DNA of 38,192 nt. Origin: Patescibacteria group bacterium. GTDB lineage: Bacteria > Patescibacteriota > Gracilibacteria > Peribacterales > Peribacteraceae. The stretch lies in assembly GCA_018818235.1 (NCBI GenBank), contig JAHISE010000074.1:1-38192 (forward strand). Direction: 5' to 3'. The position numbers were made by a program, and so were the translations under genes. This document shows positions 1-8,207 of this stretch, piece after piece (the first letter of the stretch is position 1; each line of letters opens with the position of its first letter). The notes under the pieces are model-generated. The model made no database searches. It worked only from the letters and a program-made list of their open reading frames with translations, and had not been told where the DNA came from.

Positions 1-1149
1 CGAGTGATCGGATATGATGTAAATGAAGAACGTATATCAACTCTTAAGAATAACAAAGACTGGACCGGCGAGCTTGCAGAAAGCCAGCTTAAGGAAGTTG
101 AAATTGAATTCGGTACCAATCCTGAAGTTATTAAAGAGGCAGATATTGTAATAGTTGCTCTCCCAACTCCTGTTGATGAAGGCAATAGACCCGATCTGAC
201 AATTCTTAAAGCAGGAACAACGACAGTCGGTCAGAATTTGAAGAGTGGAGCAACCGTGGTTTTTGAATCAACTGTTTACCCGGGTGTTACAGAAGATATT
301 TGCGGACCAATTTTGGAAAAAGAATCAGGTGGCAAAAACTTTAAACTTGGTTACTCCCCCGAACGTGTGAATCCCGGTGATAAAGAACATACCATTACAA
401 AAATTACAAAAGTTGTAGCAGGAGAAGATGAAGAAACTACTGATTCTCTCTGTGATCTATATGAATCAATCATCGAAGCCGGAGTTTACCGAGCGTCCTC
501 GATCAAAGTTGCTGAGATGTCCAAAGCAATCGAAAATGCGCAAAGGGATTTGAATATTGCTTACATCAATGAAATTGCAAAGCTCTGTAATAAACTCGAT
601 ATCAGCACAAAGGATGTATTGGATGCTGCCGGTAGCAAATGGAACTTCTTGCCGTTTAAACCCGGACTAGTTGGCGGACATTGTATTGGAGTTGATCCTT
701 ATTACTTGGTCGAATTGGCTCGCGATAAAGACACTATGATGAGACTTATTGAAAGTGCTCGTGATACAAATAGTGAAATGGCGGATTATGTTGCCGGTCA
801 AATTGTTAATGAGTTATCAAGTCCAAGCGAAAATTCTGTATTGATTCTTGGAACAACATTTAAGGAAGATGTTCCTGATATGCGAAATAGTCAGAACGTG
901 AAGGTAGTAGATGCGCTTAAAGCCAAGGGATGCAGAGTGGATACAGATGATCCATACAACGAACGATGTGAATCTGCAGAGAATTCTTATGATGCAATCG
1001 CATTACTGGTCCCACATCGTGAATATCTGGAAATGTCTTTGGATGAATTGCTTAAACCACTTAAAGAAGGAGGTGTTTTTTATGATTTGAAGTCGGTTTT
1101 GGATAAAAAGGAAATTGAAGAGGGAGGATATAGGTATTTGGGGCTGTGA
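1..1149 (+). CDS. Nucleotide-sugar 6-dehydrogenase, UDP-glucose/GDP-mannose dehydrogenase family (TviB/WbpO/CapL-like); 5' end outside the window
   Basis: The reading frame is open from the window edge and the N-terminal Rossmann GxGxxG is missing. Catalytic-Cys motif 'GGHCIGVDPYYL' and central helix 'AEMSKAIENAQRDLNIAYINE' are typical of the family. Stop at 1147-1149. Confidence 0.85.
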   Translation, partial: RVIGYDVNEERISTLKNNKDWTGELAESQLKEVEIEFGTNPEVIKEADIVIVALPTPVDEGNRPDLTILKAGTTTVGQNLKSGATVVFESTVYPGVTEDICGPILEKESGGKNFKLGYSPERVNPGDKEHTITKITKVVAGEDEETTDSLCDLYESIIEAGVYRASSIKVAEMSKAIENAQRDLNIAYINEIAKLCNKLDISTKDVLDAAGSKWNFLPFKPGLVGGHCIGVDPYYLVELARDKDTMMRLIESARDTNSEMADYVAGQIVNELSSPSENSVLILGTTFKEDVPDMRNSQNVKVVDALKAKGCRVDTDDPYNERCESAENSYDAIALLVPHREYLEMSLDELLKPLKEGGVFYDLKSVLDKKEIEEGGYRYLGL

Positions 1150-2249
1150 TAATTGTCAACCGCATCCTCAACCATCTCCACCGTCGTTCCATCCAAAGCT
1201 CTCCTCTGCTCTTCATTAGAAACCCTCAAAGTCTCCGCAACAAAAGATGATGGATTACACTCATCAGGTGGTAACACCAACCTGACCTTATCACTTTCCT
1301 TAGGCGGCTGTTCACCTGGATCTACGCATCCGACAATATCAACCAAAGCAACCCCAAGTGCATGTGCAATATAAAGTGGACCTGTATCAACCGAAACAAA
1401 CAACGAAGCTTTTGCAATTATTGCGGATAATTCTCTTAAATTAATTCCTCCAATATCTCTGCTTCCCTCTCTGCCAAACATCTCATGAGCCTTGGCAGTG
1501 ATTTCTTTGTCAGCTGAAGAGAATAAAATTTTCATTTCATATTTATCATGAATGTAACGAGCAAGTTCTACGAAGTTTTCCAATGGCCACTCTTTAAGTG
1601 GATTTCCTGCAGTGAGTGAAAGGACTGCAAAACGACCATGAACTCCGATACTTTCCAAAAGTCCTGATGCTTTTGTTTTTTCTAATCCTGTCAAATACAC
1701 ATCATGCTTATATTCAACCTCCGGAGCACCAACCATCTCGGCTATCTTCATATAATGATCAAATGTCCTTGTTCCACGTTCGTATTTAATTCTTTTTGAA
1801 TGAAAAAGGTGAAAGAAGAGTCCCATTAATCTTATTTTGCCTCCACGCGTATGCAATCTGACAGGAGCCGCTGTCCATAATCCCAGAAGTGCAGTCAAGA
1901 ATCCCGGCAATACAGTAATACTAAGAGCGAACCGTGATGAATATAATTTTTTAAACAACCTGAATCGTCCGCTTAAACCCTTGTAAGCATCATCATCAAT
2001 AAATATTAGAGTTGATATATTTGGATTGTTATCCAAAACAGAAGAGGCTCTTTTTAAACACAAGATCGATACTTCGTACCCACCTTCAGAAAGAGATTTG
2101 AACAAAGGAGTCGTACAAACCAGATCTCCAATCTTTCCAAGCTGAATTACCAATGCTTTTTTATTCTTCTTTGACCTTAACTTAGAAACAATAAGTAACC
2201 ATGGAAGAGCACACAAAGTTGCCAGCGCAAGAATCAAACTTCTAAACAT
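1080..2249 (-). CDS. Glycosyltransferase family 9 (ADP-heptose:LPS heptosyltransferase-like)
   Basis: N-terminal GT9 signature 'ALVIQLGKIGDLVCTTPLFKSL' and C-terminal 'VSVDTGPLYIAHALG'. The track start at 2282 is a TTG. The first ATG (2249) lies 1 nt after the HldC stop, so I prefer 2249. The 3' tail overlaps the convergent dehydrogenase by 70 nt. Confidence 0.75.
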   Translation of the reverse strand: MFRSLILALATLCALPWLLIVSKLRSKKNKKALVIQLGKIGDLVCTTPLFKSLSEGGYEVSILCLKRASSVLDNNPNISTLIFIDDDAYKGLSGRFRLFKKLYSSRFALSITVLPGFLTALLGLWTAAPVRLHTRGGKIRLMGLFFHLFHSKRIKYERGTRTFDHYMKIAEMVGAPEVEYKHDVYLTGLEKTKASGLLESIGVHGRFAVLSLTAGNPLKEWPLENFVELARYIHDKYEMKILFSSADKEITAKAHEMFGREGSRDIGGINLRELSAIIAKASLFVSVDTGPLYIAHALGVALVDIVGCVDPGEQPPKESDKVRLVLPPDECNPSSFVAETLRVSNEEQRRALDGTTVEMVEDAVDNYHSPKYLYPPSSISFLSKTDFKS

Positions 2250-2250
2250 T

Positions 2251-2733
2251 TTAAGAGCAGTATTTCTCTTTAATAACCTCAATCACATCACTTGTGGAAA
2301 GCAGTCTTTCTGATCTTTGAACTAATTTTAGCTCTGCCCCAATCTCTTTTACTACTGCTGCCTCCACGCAATCTTGTGAGTATTCTGAAGAGTTAACATG
2401 AACATCAGGTCGCACTTCCTTTAGCCACTCACGCGGATCTTCCTCGTCAAATAAGAACAGCCCGTCTATGCATTCTAATCCTGCAAGCAATTCAAGTCTC
2501 TGGCTTTCCGGAATTATCGGACGACTGTCATCTTTTATCTTTTTAACTGATACATCACTGTTAATTCCAACTAATAAAAAGTCTCCTGATGCTTTTGCAG
2601 CTTCTAATAAGCGCAAATGAGGAACCGAAAGCATATCAAATACTCCATTAGTTGTTACCACTGTTTTGCCCGATTCTTGAGCTTTATGAGCTATTTCAGC
2701 AGCTTTAGCCAGTGTGAGAATCTTTGATTGCAT
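2251..2733 (-). CDS. hldC: D-glycero-beta-D-manno-heptose 1-phosphate adenylyltransferase (RfaE domain II / HldC-like cytidylyltransferase fold)
   Basis: 'VVTTNGVFDMLSVPHLRLLEAAKASGDFLLVGINSDVS' aligns with the RfaE-II 'TNGCFDILHAGHVSYL...VAVNSD' region, although the HxGH motif reads SVPH. Size is about 160 aa. The ATG overlaps the gmhB stop (TAATG). Confidence 0.75.
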   Translation of the reverse strand: MQSKILTLAKAAEIAHKAQESGKTVVTTNGVFDMLSVPHLRLLEAAKASGDFLLVGINSDVSVKKIKDDSRPIIPESQRLELLAGLECIDGLFLFDEEDPREWLKEVRPDVHVNSSEYSQDCVEAAVVKEIGAELKLVQRSERLLSTSDVIEVIKEKYCS

Positions 2734-3251
2734 TATTTTAAGAGTATATCAGCAAGTTCATTTAAATCTTTGACAGTATAATCTCCTTTTTCTTCCATTG
2801 GGTATACTTCCGAAATAATTCTGGCGGTAGAGCATCCGATATTCTTGCCAAAAATTATATCCGCATCCTTATCTCCAATCATAATGCATTTTTCGGGATC
2901 AAGATCGGAGTATTCCTCACAAAGTGATTCCCACATACCCGTCTTTGGCTTTCTGCAATCACAACCCTGTTCTCGATGATGAGGACAAACTCTATATGAT
3001 TCAATTTTTATTCCTTCTTTATCAAGCATATTAAACAATCGAGTCATACATCTATCAAAATCATCACGAGTAAATATTTCGTGTCCAATACCCGACTGAT
3101 TTGTAAAAATAAAGAATCTGTAACCCGAATCTCTGAATCTCTGTAATCCTTCCACTGCACCCGGAACAAATTCCAGATCATTGGGATTACTTAAATAACT
3201 TTTATCAATATTGATCACGCCATCCCGATCCAATAAAAGAATATTAATCAT
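2733..3251 (-). CDS. gmhB: D-glycero-D-manno-heptose 1,7-bisphosphate phosphatase (HAD family)
   Basis: HAD motif I 'LLDRDGVIN', 'FTNQSGIG', and the Zn-binding 'CPHHREQGCDCRKPKTGM' characteristic of GmhB. Confidence 0.85.
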   Translation of the reverse strand: MINILLLDRDGVINIDKSYLSNPNDLEFVPGAVEGLQRFRDSGYRFFIFTNQSGIGHEIFTRDDFDRCMTRLFNMLDKEGIKIESYRVCPHHREQGCDCRKPKTGMWESLCEEYSDLDPEKCIMIGDKDADIIFGKNIGCSTARIISEVYPMEEKGDYTVKDLNELADILLK

Positions 3252-3260
3252 GTAAACAGA

Positions 3261-4613
3261 TTAAAGGACATCAATTAATTCCCCAACTGTAAGTGTGGCA
3301 GCTCCAGATTTTCGAACAACTATACTTGCCGCACGATTACCAATATCTGCCGCATCTTCGACCGTGCTTCCACATGCCATGCAAAGAGTAACAACCGCAG
3401 CAACGGTGTCACCGGCTCCGGAAACATCCACAACATCGGGAGAATGTGAATCGAAATGGATAATCAGTTTTCCCTTTTTATACACATCCATACCATCGCC
3501 TCCTCTGGTAAGAACTAACGTTCCACGGATATCTGAGCTTAATTTGCATCCAATCTTCTCGGGCTCTGAATCGTAATCTCCCAGCAAAAGCCTTGCCTCA
3601 CGCATATTTGGAGTAACTACACTTGCGTCCTTAAGATCTTCAAGTGAAGCAATCCCATTTGGTTTTGGATCCAGAATTACAGGAATCCCATTCTTTTTAC
3701 CAAGACTATAGCCAGTGCTGATTACTTTGGATGTAAGCACGCCCTTGGCATAATCTGTTAGCAAGATTGCTCTCGCAGATGGGGCAACCTCTTTCATTGC
3801 CATTATCAAACGCTTTTCTGTTCCGGAAGAAATTGGATGTGATTCCTCGGTATCTATCCTAACTATTTGTTGCATGTTAGCACTGACAATTCTGTGCTTA
3901 ACTGTTGTGGGACGTGTGCTTTCGGAAAGCAACGTGGACTTGATACCCTTATCTTTAAGAAGAGTTTTTATTTGCTGACCGGGACCGTCCTTTCCAACTA
4001 CGGAAATAATCTGAACATTCGCACCAAGCTCTTTTATATTCGCAACAGCATTCCCGGCACCTCCTAACATTTCTTTAACTTCTCTTGCTCTTACTACTGG
4101 TACGGGTGCTTCCGGTGAAATACGGTCAATTGATCCTTGTGTGTATCTATCAAGCATGCAGTCGCCTACAACCAGAATAGACCGTCCCTTAAATGAATTT
4201 ACAATTTCGGTTTGTCGTCCAAATCTTTCGACATCCACATGTCCCGAATATTCCGTTCTGTAACTATCATCTTCCTGATGATTTGTAGAGAATTCGAATA
4301 TTTCGCTGTCTTCGATTCCTGTGAATCTATGTGGCGTTCTGGGTGGAATATGGATAAAGTCTCCGGGCTCAAGCACAAACTCCTCTCCTCCGGTTTCCAA
4401 TTTGACCTTACCACTCTGGATATAGAAGACTTCATCCTTCTCCTTATGTGTGTGCATGCTGCATCGCCGATCCTTTTTGAGCATCAGCTTTTTGCCGCAA
4501 TATTCCTTATTCACAATCCAATGCTCTTCCCCCCATTCTTTGGGTTCCTTGTGTACATCACCTCCGGAGAAAAAGGCTTTTGTGGACCGAAAATGAACAT
4601 GAAAGTCATCCAT
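3261..4613 (-). CDS. hldA: Fusion protein: N-terminal metal-binding cupin (phosphomannose-isomerase-like) + D-beta-D-heptose 7-phosphate kinase (RfaE domain I / HldA, PfkB family)
   Basis: Cupin motifs 'SMHTHKEKDEVFYIQSG' (HxH-x4-E-x6-G) and 'GDFIHIPPRTPHRF' lie in residues ~50-100. They are followed by 'ILVVGDCMLDRY', 'SPEAPVPVV' and the PfkB signature 'DVSGAGDTVAAV'. Confidence 0.8.
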   Translation of the reverse strand: MDDFHVHFRSTKAFFSGGDVHKEPKEWGEEHWIVNKEYCGKKLMLKKDRRCSMHTHKEKDEVFYIQSGKVKLETGGEEFVLEPGDFIHIPPRTPHRFTGIEDSEIFEFSTNHQEDDSYRTEYSGHVDVERFGRQTEIVNSFKGRSILVVGDCMLDRYTQGSIDRISPEAPVPVVRAREVKEMLGGAGNAVANIKELGANVQIISVVGKDGPGQQIKTLLKDKGIKSTLLSESTRPTTVKHRIVSANMQQIVRIDTEESHPISSGTEKRLIMAMKEVAPSARAILLTDYAKGVLTSKVISTGYSLGKKNGIPVILDPKPNGIASLEDLKDASVVTPNMREARLLLGDYDSEPEKIGCKLSSDIRGTLVLTRGGDGMDVYKKGKLIIHFDSHSPDVVDVSGAGDTVAAVVTLCMACGSTVEDAADIGNRAASIVVRKSGAATLTVGELIDVL

Positions 4614-4661
4614 ATTTGGAATACGATTTTATCCTCTAAATGGTGGTTTGGCTAGGAAATT

Positions 4662-4816
4662 GGGGAGATTTATCTCTCCCCCCTTGTCTTCCCTCTCCCC
4701 CTGGCCCCTCCCCCCTGGGGGAGGGGGGACTCCGCCATTGGAGAGAACAGGTTTTGAAGTTACCAATAGCGGAGCTCCCCTCTCCCTTCGGGAGAGGGGG
4801 TCAGGGGGAGAGGGGC
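4662..4816. repeat. Cluster of three GC-rich hairpins (CCCCTCTCC/GGAGAGGGG family) in a divergent intergenic region
   Basis: Three hairpins: 'ggggagatttatctctcccc' (~4662-4681), 'cccctcccccctgggggagggg' (~4706-4727), and 'cccctctccc-ttc-gggagagggg' (4777-4799) followed by 'tcagggggagagggg'. The same motif family occurs at 33070-33276 and flanking the DUF559 gene. Confidence 0.7.
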
Positions 4817-4835
4817 TACAAGTGAAGAGGAGGCA

Positions 4836-6134
4836 ATGGAAGGAAACAAAAAGAACAAACCAATTGTTTTAATCCCACCTAACCTGAATAATACCCTCGT
4901 GAAACTTACAGGTCTCCCGCGGCAAATTTCTGCTTCTGTATATGACGAAGTAAGGGAAACTGTAAAACAGAAATATTCGAACATCCCAGGAGTGAAGGCT
5001 GTTGTAGAAACAGGAAGAGTATTGCTTCCTGGAATTTCTGATATTGATTTCCTCGTTATAACTGAGGCAAATGCTGCGGTTGATATTCCTAGATTCAATA
5101 CATATTCAGACGACCACCAATATGCAATGTCACACAAACATTTTGTGGTAAGTGAGGATGCTTACAAAAAATTCCAATGTATTGATCCGTGGATAAGAGG
5201 TGTAACTCCAATTCTCGGAGGTGATGAATATAGTTTGCCTCCAACTCCTTTTGATGAAGAAGGGAGACGTGCACTTTCACTTTTCTTTTTAGGAATAGCA
5301 GGCTCATTTGGATTCTTTAAGATCGTTGCTCATGCAAAATGCGCAAAGCAAATTGACTGTAGATCTTTTTTGGAAGCCATCAAATACATTGGAAATTACG
5401 AGCGCGAGATGAGAAATGCAGGACTTATTGAAATCAACGAATCACTTGATTCCAAAATACCCTTATATGCTCAAATCAGAGAGCAGTGGTTCACTCTTTC
5501 CGAAGACAAACGTGAACAGATGTTAACCGAAGCATTGGATGGAATTGAGCTAACCTTGGCAAAGATAATCAAATTAGTTAATAACGATCTGAAAAAGACA
5601 ACAGATAGATTCCCATCAAATAGCTTGCGTAAGCCAAAAAATAGCCGTTATCCGCACTCACTCGTAATAGATACCGGTGACGAGACCATTGTTTTTCAGG
5701 AAGGGCGCGAAGATGTTGAAGTTAAGTGTGAAATTTACCGCCCATTGCTAACTCATTTATATGCGGGATATTTTGAACGAATGACATACTTGTTCCCTCT
5801 CGAATTAAGCGCACTAATAACTCCCTACTTTGAACAAGAAGGACCACTGTCGGAAAAACTTATGGAGTCTTCTGTGACCGATCTTAATGAATTGCCCATA
5901 CTCAGAAACCAAGGCTTGATTGATCGGGCACAAATGACAAATCAAAATCTGATTGAAACGAGCAAAGTATCCGCTGTAAAACAACCTTCCCTTACTTTCG
6001 GATATCAGATAAAACCAACTCACGAAACTATTTTAGGTAAAACTCATAAGTATTATGATTGGTTTATGGAACTCTTTACCCGAACCAAAGCCGGACAACT
6101 CCTTATAAAAAATCACATAACCCTTAAGTACTGA
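4836..6134 (+). CDS. Hypothetical protein with possible N-terminal Pol-beta-type nucleotidyltransferase motif
   Basis: 432-aa ORF with ATG preceded by GAGGAGG. 'ETGRVLLPGISDIDFLVI' resembles the G[SG]-x9-13-(S)DxD NTase signature. The rest has no motif I recognise. Its stop overlaps the GT4 start (TGATG). Confidence 0.55.
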   Translation: MEGNKKNKPIVLIPPNLNNTLVKLTGLPRQISASVYDEVRETVKQKYSNIPGVKAVVETGRVLLPGISDIDFLVITEANAAVDIPRFNTYSDDHQYAMSHKHFVVSEDAYKKFQCIDPWIRGVTPILGGDEYSLPPTPFDEEGRRALSLFFLGIAGSFGFFKIVAHAKCAKQIDCRSFLEAIKYIGNYEREMRNAGLIEINESLDSKIPLYAQIREQWFTLSEDKREQMLTEALDGIELTLAKIIKLVNNDLKKTTDRFPSNSLRKPKNSRYPHSLVIDTGDETIVFQEGREDVEVKCEIYRPLLTHLYAGYFERMTYLFPLELSALITPYFEQEGPLSEKLMESSVTDLNELPILRNQGLIDRAQMTNQNLIETSKVSAVKQPSLTFGYQIKPTHETILGKTHKYYDWFMELFTRTKAGQLLIKNHITLKY

Positions 6135-7357
6135 TGCACATACTTTTATTAAATGATGATTTTCCTCCTGCGGGCTCCTCTAGTGTTGCAATCATTGCAG
6201 AGAATCTTAAACGAGGTTACGAGTCCAGAGGACATAAAGTCAGTGTAATAACTACACACAGAAAAGAAAATTCGGATGTAGTTATCCGCACAGGAGATAT
6301 TATCAGCCTTCCAATCTCATACAGAATTTCACTCAGACACTTCAAATCAATTTGGATGTCTAAGGTGTCCAAAATGCTCAAAACTGAGATTAATAGAATC
6401 AATCCTGATGTAATTCACGCACATAATATCCATACTTATCTGACCTACTCAGCGCTGAGTATTTCGCATAAACTAGCCAAAAAAGTGATAATCACAATGC
6501 ACGATGTGTTCAGCTTTGCATTTTCCAGACTCTCATCCGAAAAATATCTGGAATCAAAAGGATCTGATACTAAGTTATCCCCTCTCGAAAACTTGCACGC
6601 AGTTGGATTCCAATATAATCCATTTAGAAATTATCAAATCCGAAAAATTTTAAAAAAGAGTGTATCTAAAATCATATCTCCAAGCTCTGCACTTGAGCTT
6701 GCACTTAACCAAAATGGAATAAAGAACACCGAAGTAATTCCAAATGGGATTGATGTTAATGACTGGCAATGCTCTGATGAAGAAATAGGTGAATTCAAAA
6801 AACGATTTAATCTGGAAGGACGTAATGTTGTTCTGTTTGCGGGAAGACTGAGCCTTGATAAGGGGGCGATACCACTTTTGAAAGCTATTGATGCTATCAG
6901 AAAAGAAATTCCAAATGTAACACTGCTGGTTGCAGGAGAACAACGACGTTGGGATGGAATTGCCAAAGCAGCTGGAGTTACTGATGAGCTTTCGCCTTAT
7001 ATTGTGAACACCGGATGGTTGAATCATGATGATATGAGAATCGCTAATCATGCGGCAGATGTAATAACAGTTCCTTCTTTGTGCCTTGATGTTTTCCCAT
7101 CTGCAAATCTGGAGGCAATGGCTGCGGGTAAGCCTGTGATTGGAACAATATTTGGAGGAACTCCGGAGATTGTGGAAGATGGCGAAACCGGTTTTATCAG
7201 AAATCCTTTGGAACAGGAAGAATTTACCTCTTCCTTACTTAAACTGTTAAAAGATGATGACTTGGCGAGGAGAATGGGGCAGGCGGGGCTGGAGAGAGTG
7301 AAAAATGAATATTCATTGGAAAGCCAGATAGAGAGGTATGTTGAGTTATTTGAATAA
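6134..7357 (+). CDS. Glycosyltransferase family 4 (GT-B, Glycos_transf_1)
   Basis: 'EAMAAGKPVIGTIFGGTPEIVEDGETGF' is the classic E-x7-E region. N-terminal 'HILLLNDDFPPAGSSSVA'. Confidence 0.9.
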   Translation: MHILLLNDDFPPAGSSSVAIIAENLKRGYESRGHKVSVITTHRKENSDVVIRTGDIISLPISYRISLRHFKSIWMSKVSKMLKTEINRINPDVIHAHNIHTYLTYSALSISHKLAKKVIITMHDVFSFAFSRLSSEKYLESKGSDTKLSPLENLHAVGFQYNPFRNYQIRKILKKSVSKIISPSSALELALNQNGIKNTEVIPNGIDVNDWQCSDEEIGEFKKRFNLEGRNVVLFAGRLSLDKGAIPLLKAIDAIRKEIPNVTLLVAGEQRRWDGIAKAAGVTDELSPYIVNTGWLNHDDMRIANHAADVITVPSLCLDVFPSANLEAMAAGKPVIGTIFGGTPEIVEDGETGFIRNPLEQEEFTSSLLKLLKDDDLARRMGQAGLERVKNEYSLESQIERYVELFE

Positions 7358-7405
7358 ATATGACCGCAACCGAGGTAACTGCGTTCCACCGGCTGCGGCA
7401 TTTCT

Positions 7406-8161
7406 ATGTATAATCACCTCATGTCAAACCTAAAAACATTTCTATACAACTTAAAGAGCCGCAAAAAGAGGAAATTCTATTTGGACTTGATGTTCCCAAA
7501 AGATGATTACCATCTTAAGTACTTTGGACATCAACATGGCAAAGCTCCGCGGAAGTTTGTGGCTGAGATTTTTCCCAGAATAAAGAAATATCAATTAATT
7601 AATATACATAAGTACTTTGATCTGGATCCCGGTACTTCTTTGGAAGCAAAAGAGTTGGTTGAACTGATTTCTATTGCTAAGTACATCAATGCAAAAGAAA
7701 TTATCGAAGTGGGAACTTTTAACGGATGTGCCGCTCTTAATCTGGCTACGAATCTTCCGGAAAGCACCATTACTACAATCGATCTTCCTGTCGATGAAGA
7801 AGTGGATATCAATGACATCCCGGAAAAAGATGTAAATGTTACAGATAGGAATGGGGTTGGTAGGTGCTTTAAGGGAACACAATATGAAAATAGAATTCGG
7901 CAGGTTTTTGCAGACTCAATGAAACTGGATTGGAATACATTCGGTAAAAAGTTTGATCTGATCTTTATAGATGGATGCCATCATTACAAATACGTAAAGA
8001 AAGATTCAGAAAATGCACTCGCTCATCTAAACGAAGGAGGGATAATTCTCTGGCATGATTACGGGCAAAGCGAAGGAGTAAGTAAAGCTGTTGATGAAGT
8101 GGAAAGCATGGAAGTAATAGCAATCAAAGGAACAAGATTTGCAATTGGACTAAATAAATAA
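7406..8161 (+). CDS. Class I SAM-dependent methyltransferase (Methyltransf_24 / O-methyltransferase-like)
   Basis: 'IIEVGTFNGCAALNLA' (SAM motif I), 'FDLIFIDGCHHYKYV', 'GGIILWHDY'. Confidence 0.75.
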   Translation: MYNHLMSNLKTFLYNLKSRKKRKFYLDLMFPKDDYHLKYFGHQHGKAPRKFVAEIFPRIKKYQLINIHKYFDLDPGTSLEAKELVELISIAKYINAKEIIEVGTFNGCAALNLATNLPESTITTIDLPVDEEVDINDIPEKDVNVTDRNGVGRCFKGTQYENRIRQVFADSMKLDWNTFGKKFDLIFIDGCHHYKYVKKDSENALAHLNEGGIILWHDYGQSEGVSKAVDEVESMEVIAIKGTRFAIGLNK

Positions 8162-8207
8162 TCGCAAATATCTGAATTCTTTTAAGAATTTCCTATACAA
8201 TGGCACT

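Noticed and set aside
4640-4872. ORFs 4640-4825 and 4648-4872 (+), translated as 'PLPPGGGG...RERGSGGEG'
   Set aside because: They read straight through the GC-rich hairpin repeats, have low-complexity P/G/E composition, and overlap the real start at 4836. They are artefacts of repeat DNA. The same applies to 30317-30574, 27509-27742 and 33226-33414.
6981-6988. Hammerhead-ribozyme-like CTGATGAG box
   Set aside because: It lies inside the GT4 coding frame, and no matching stem II or CGAAAC core follows it. This is a chance occurrence.
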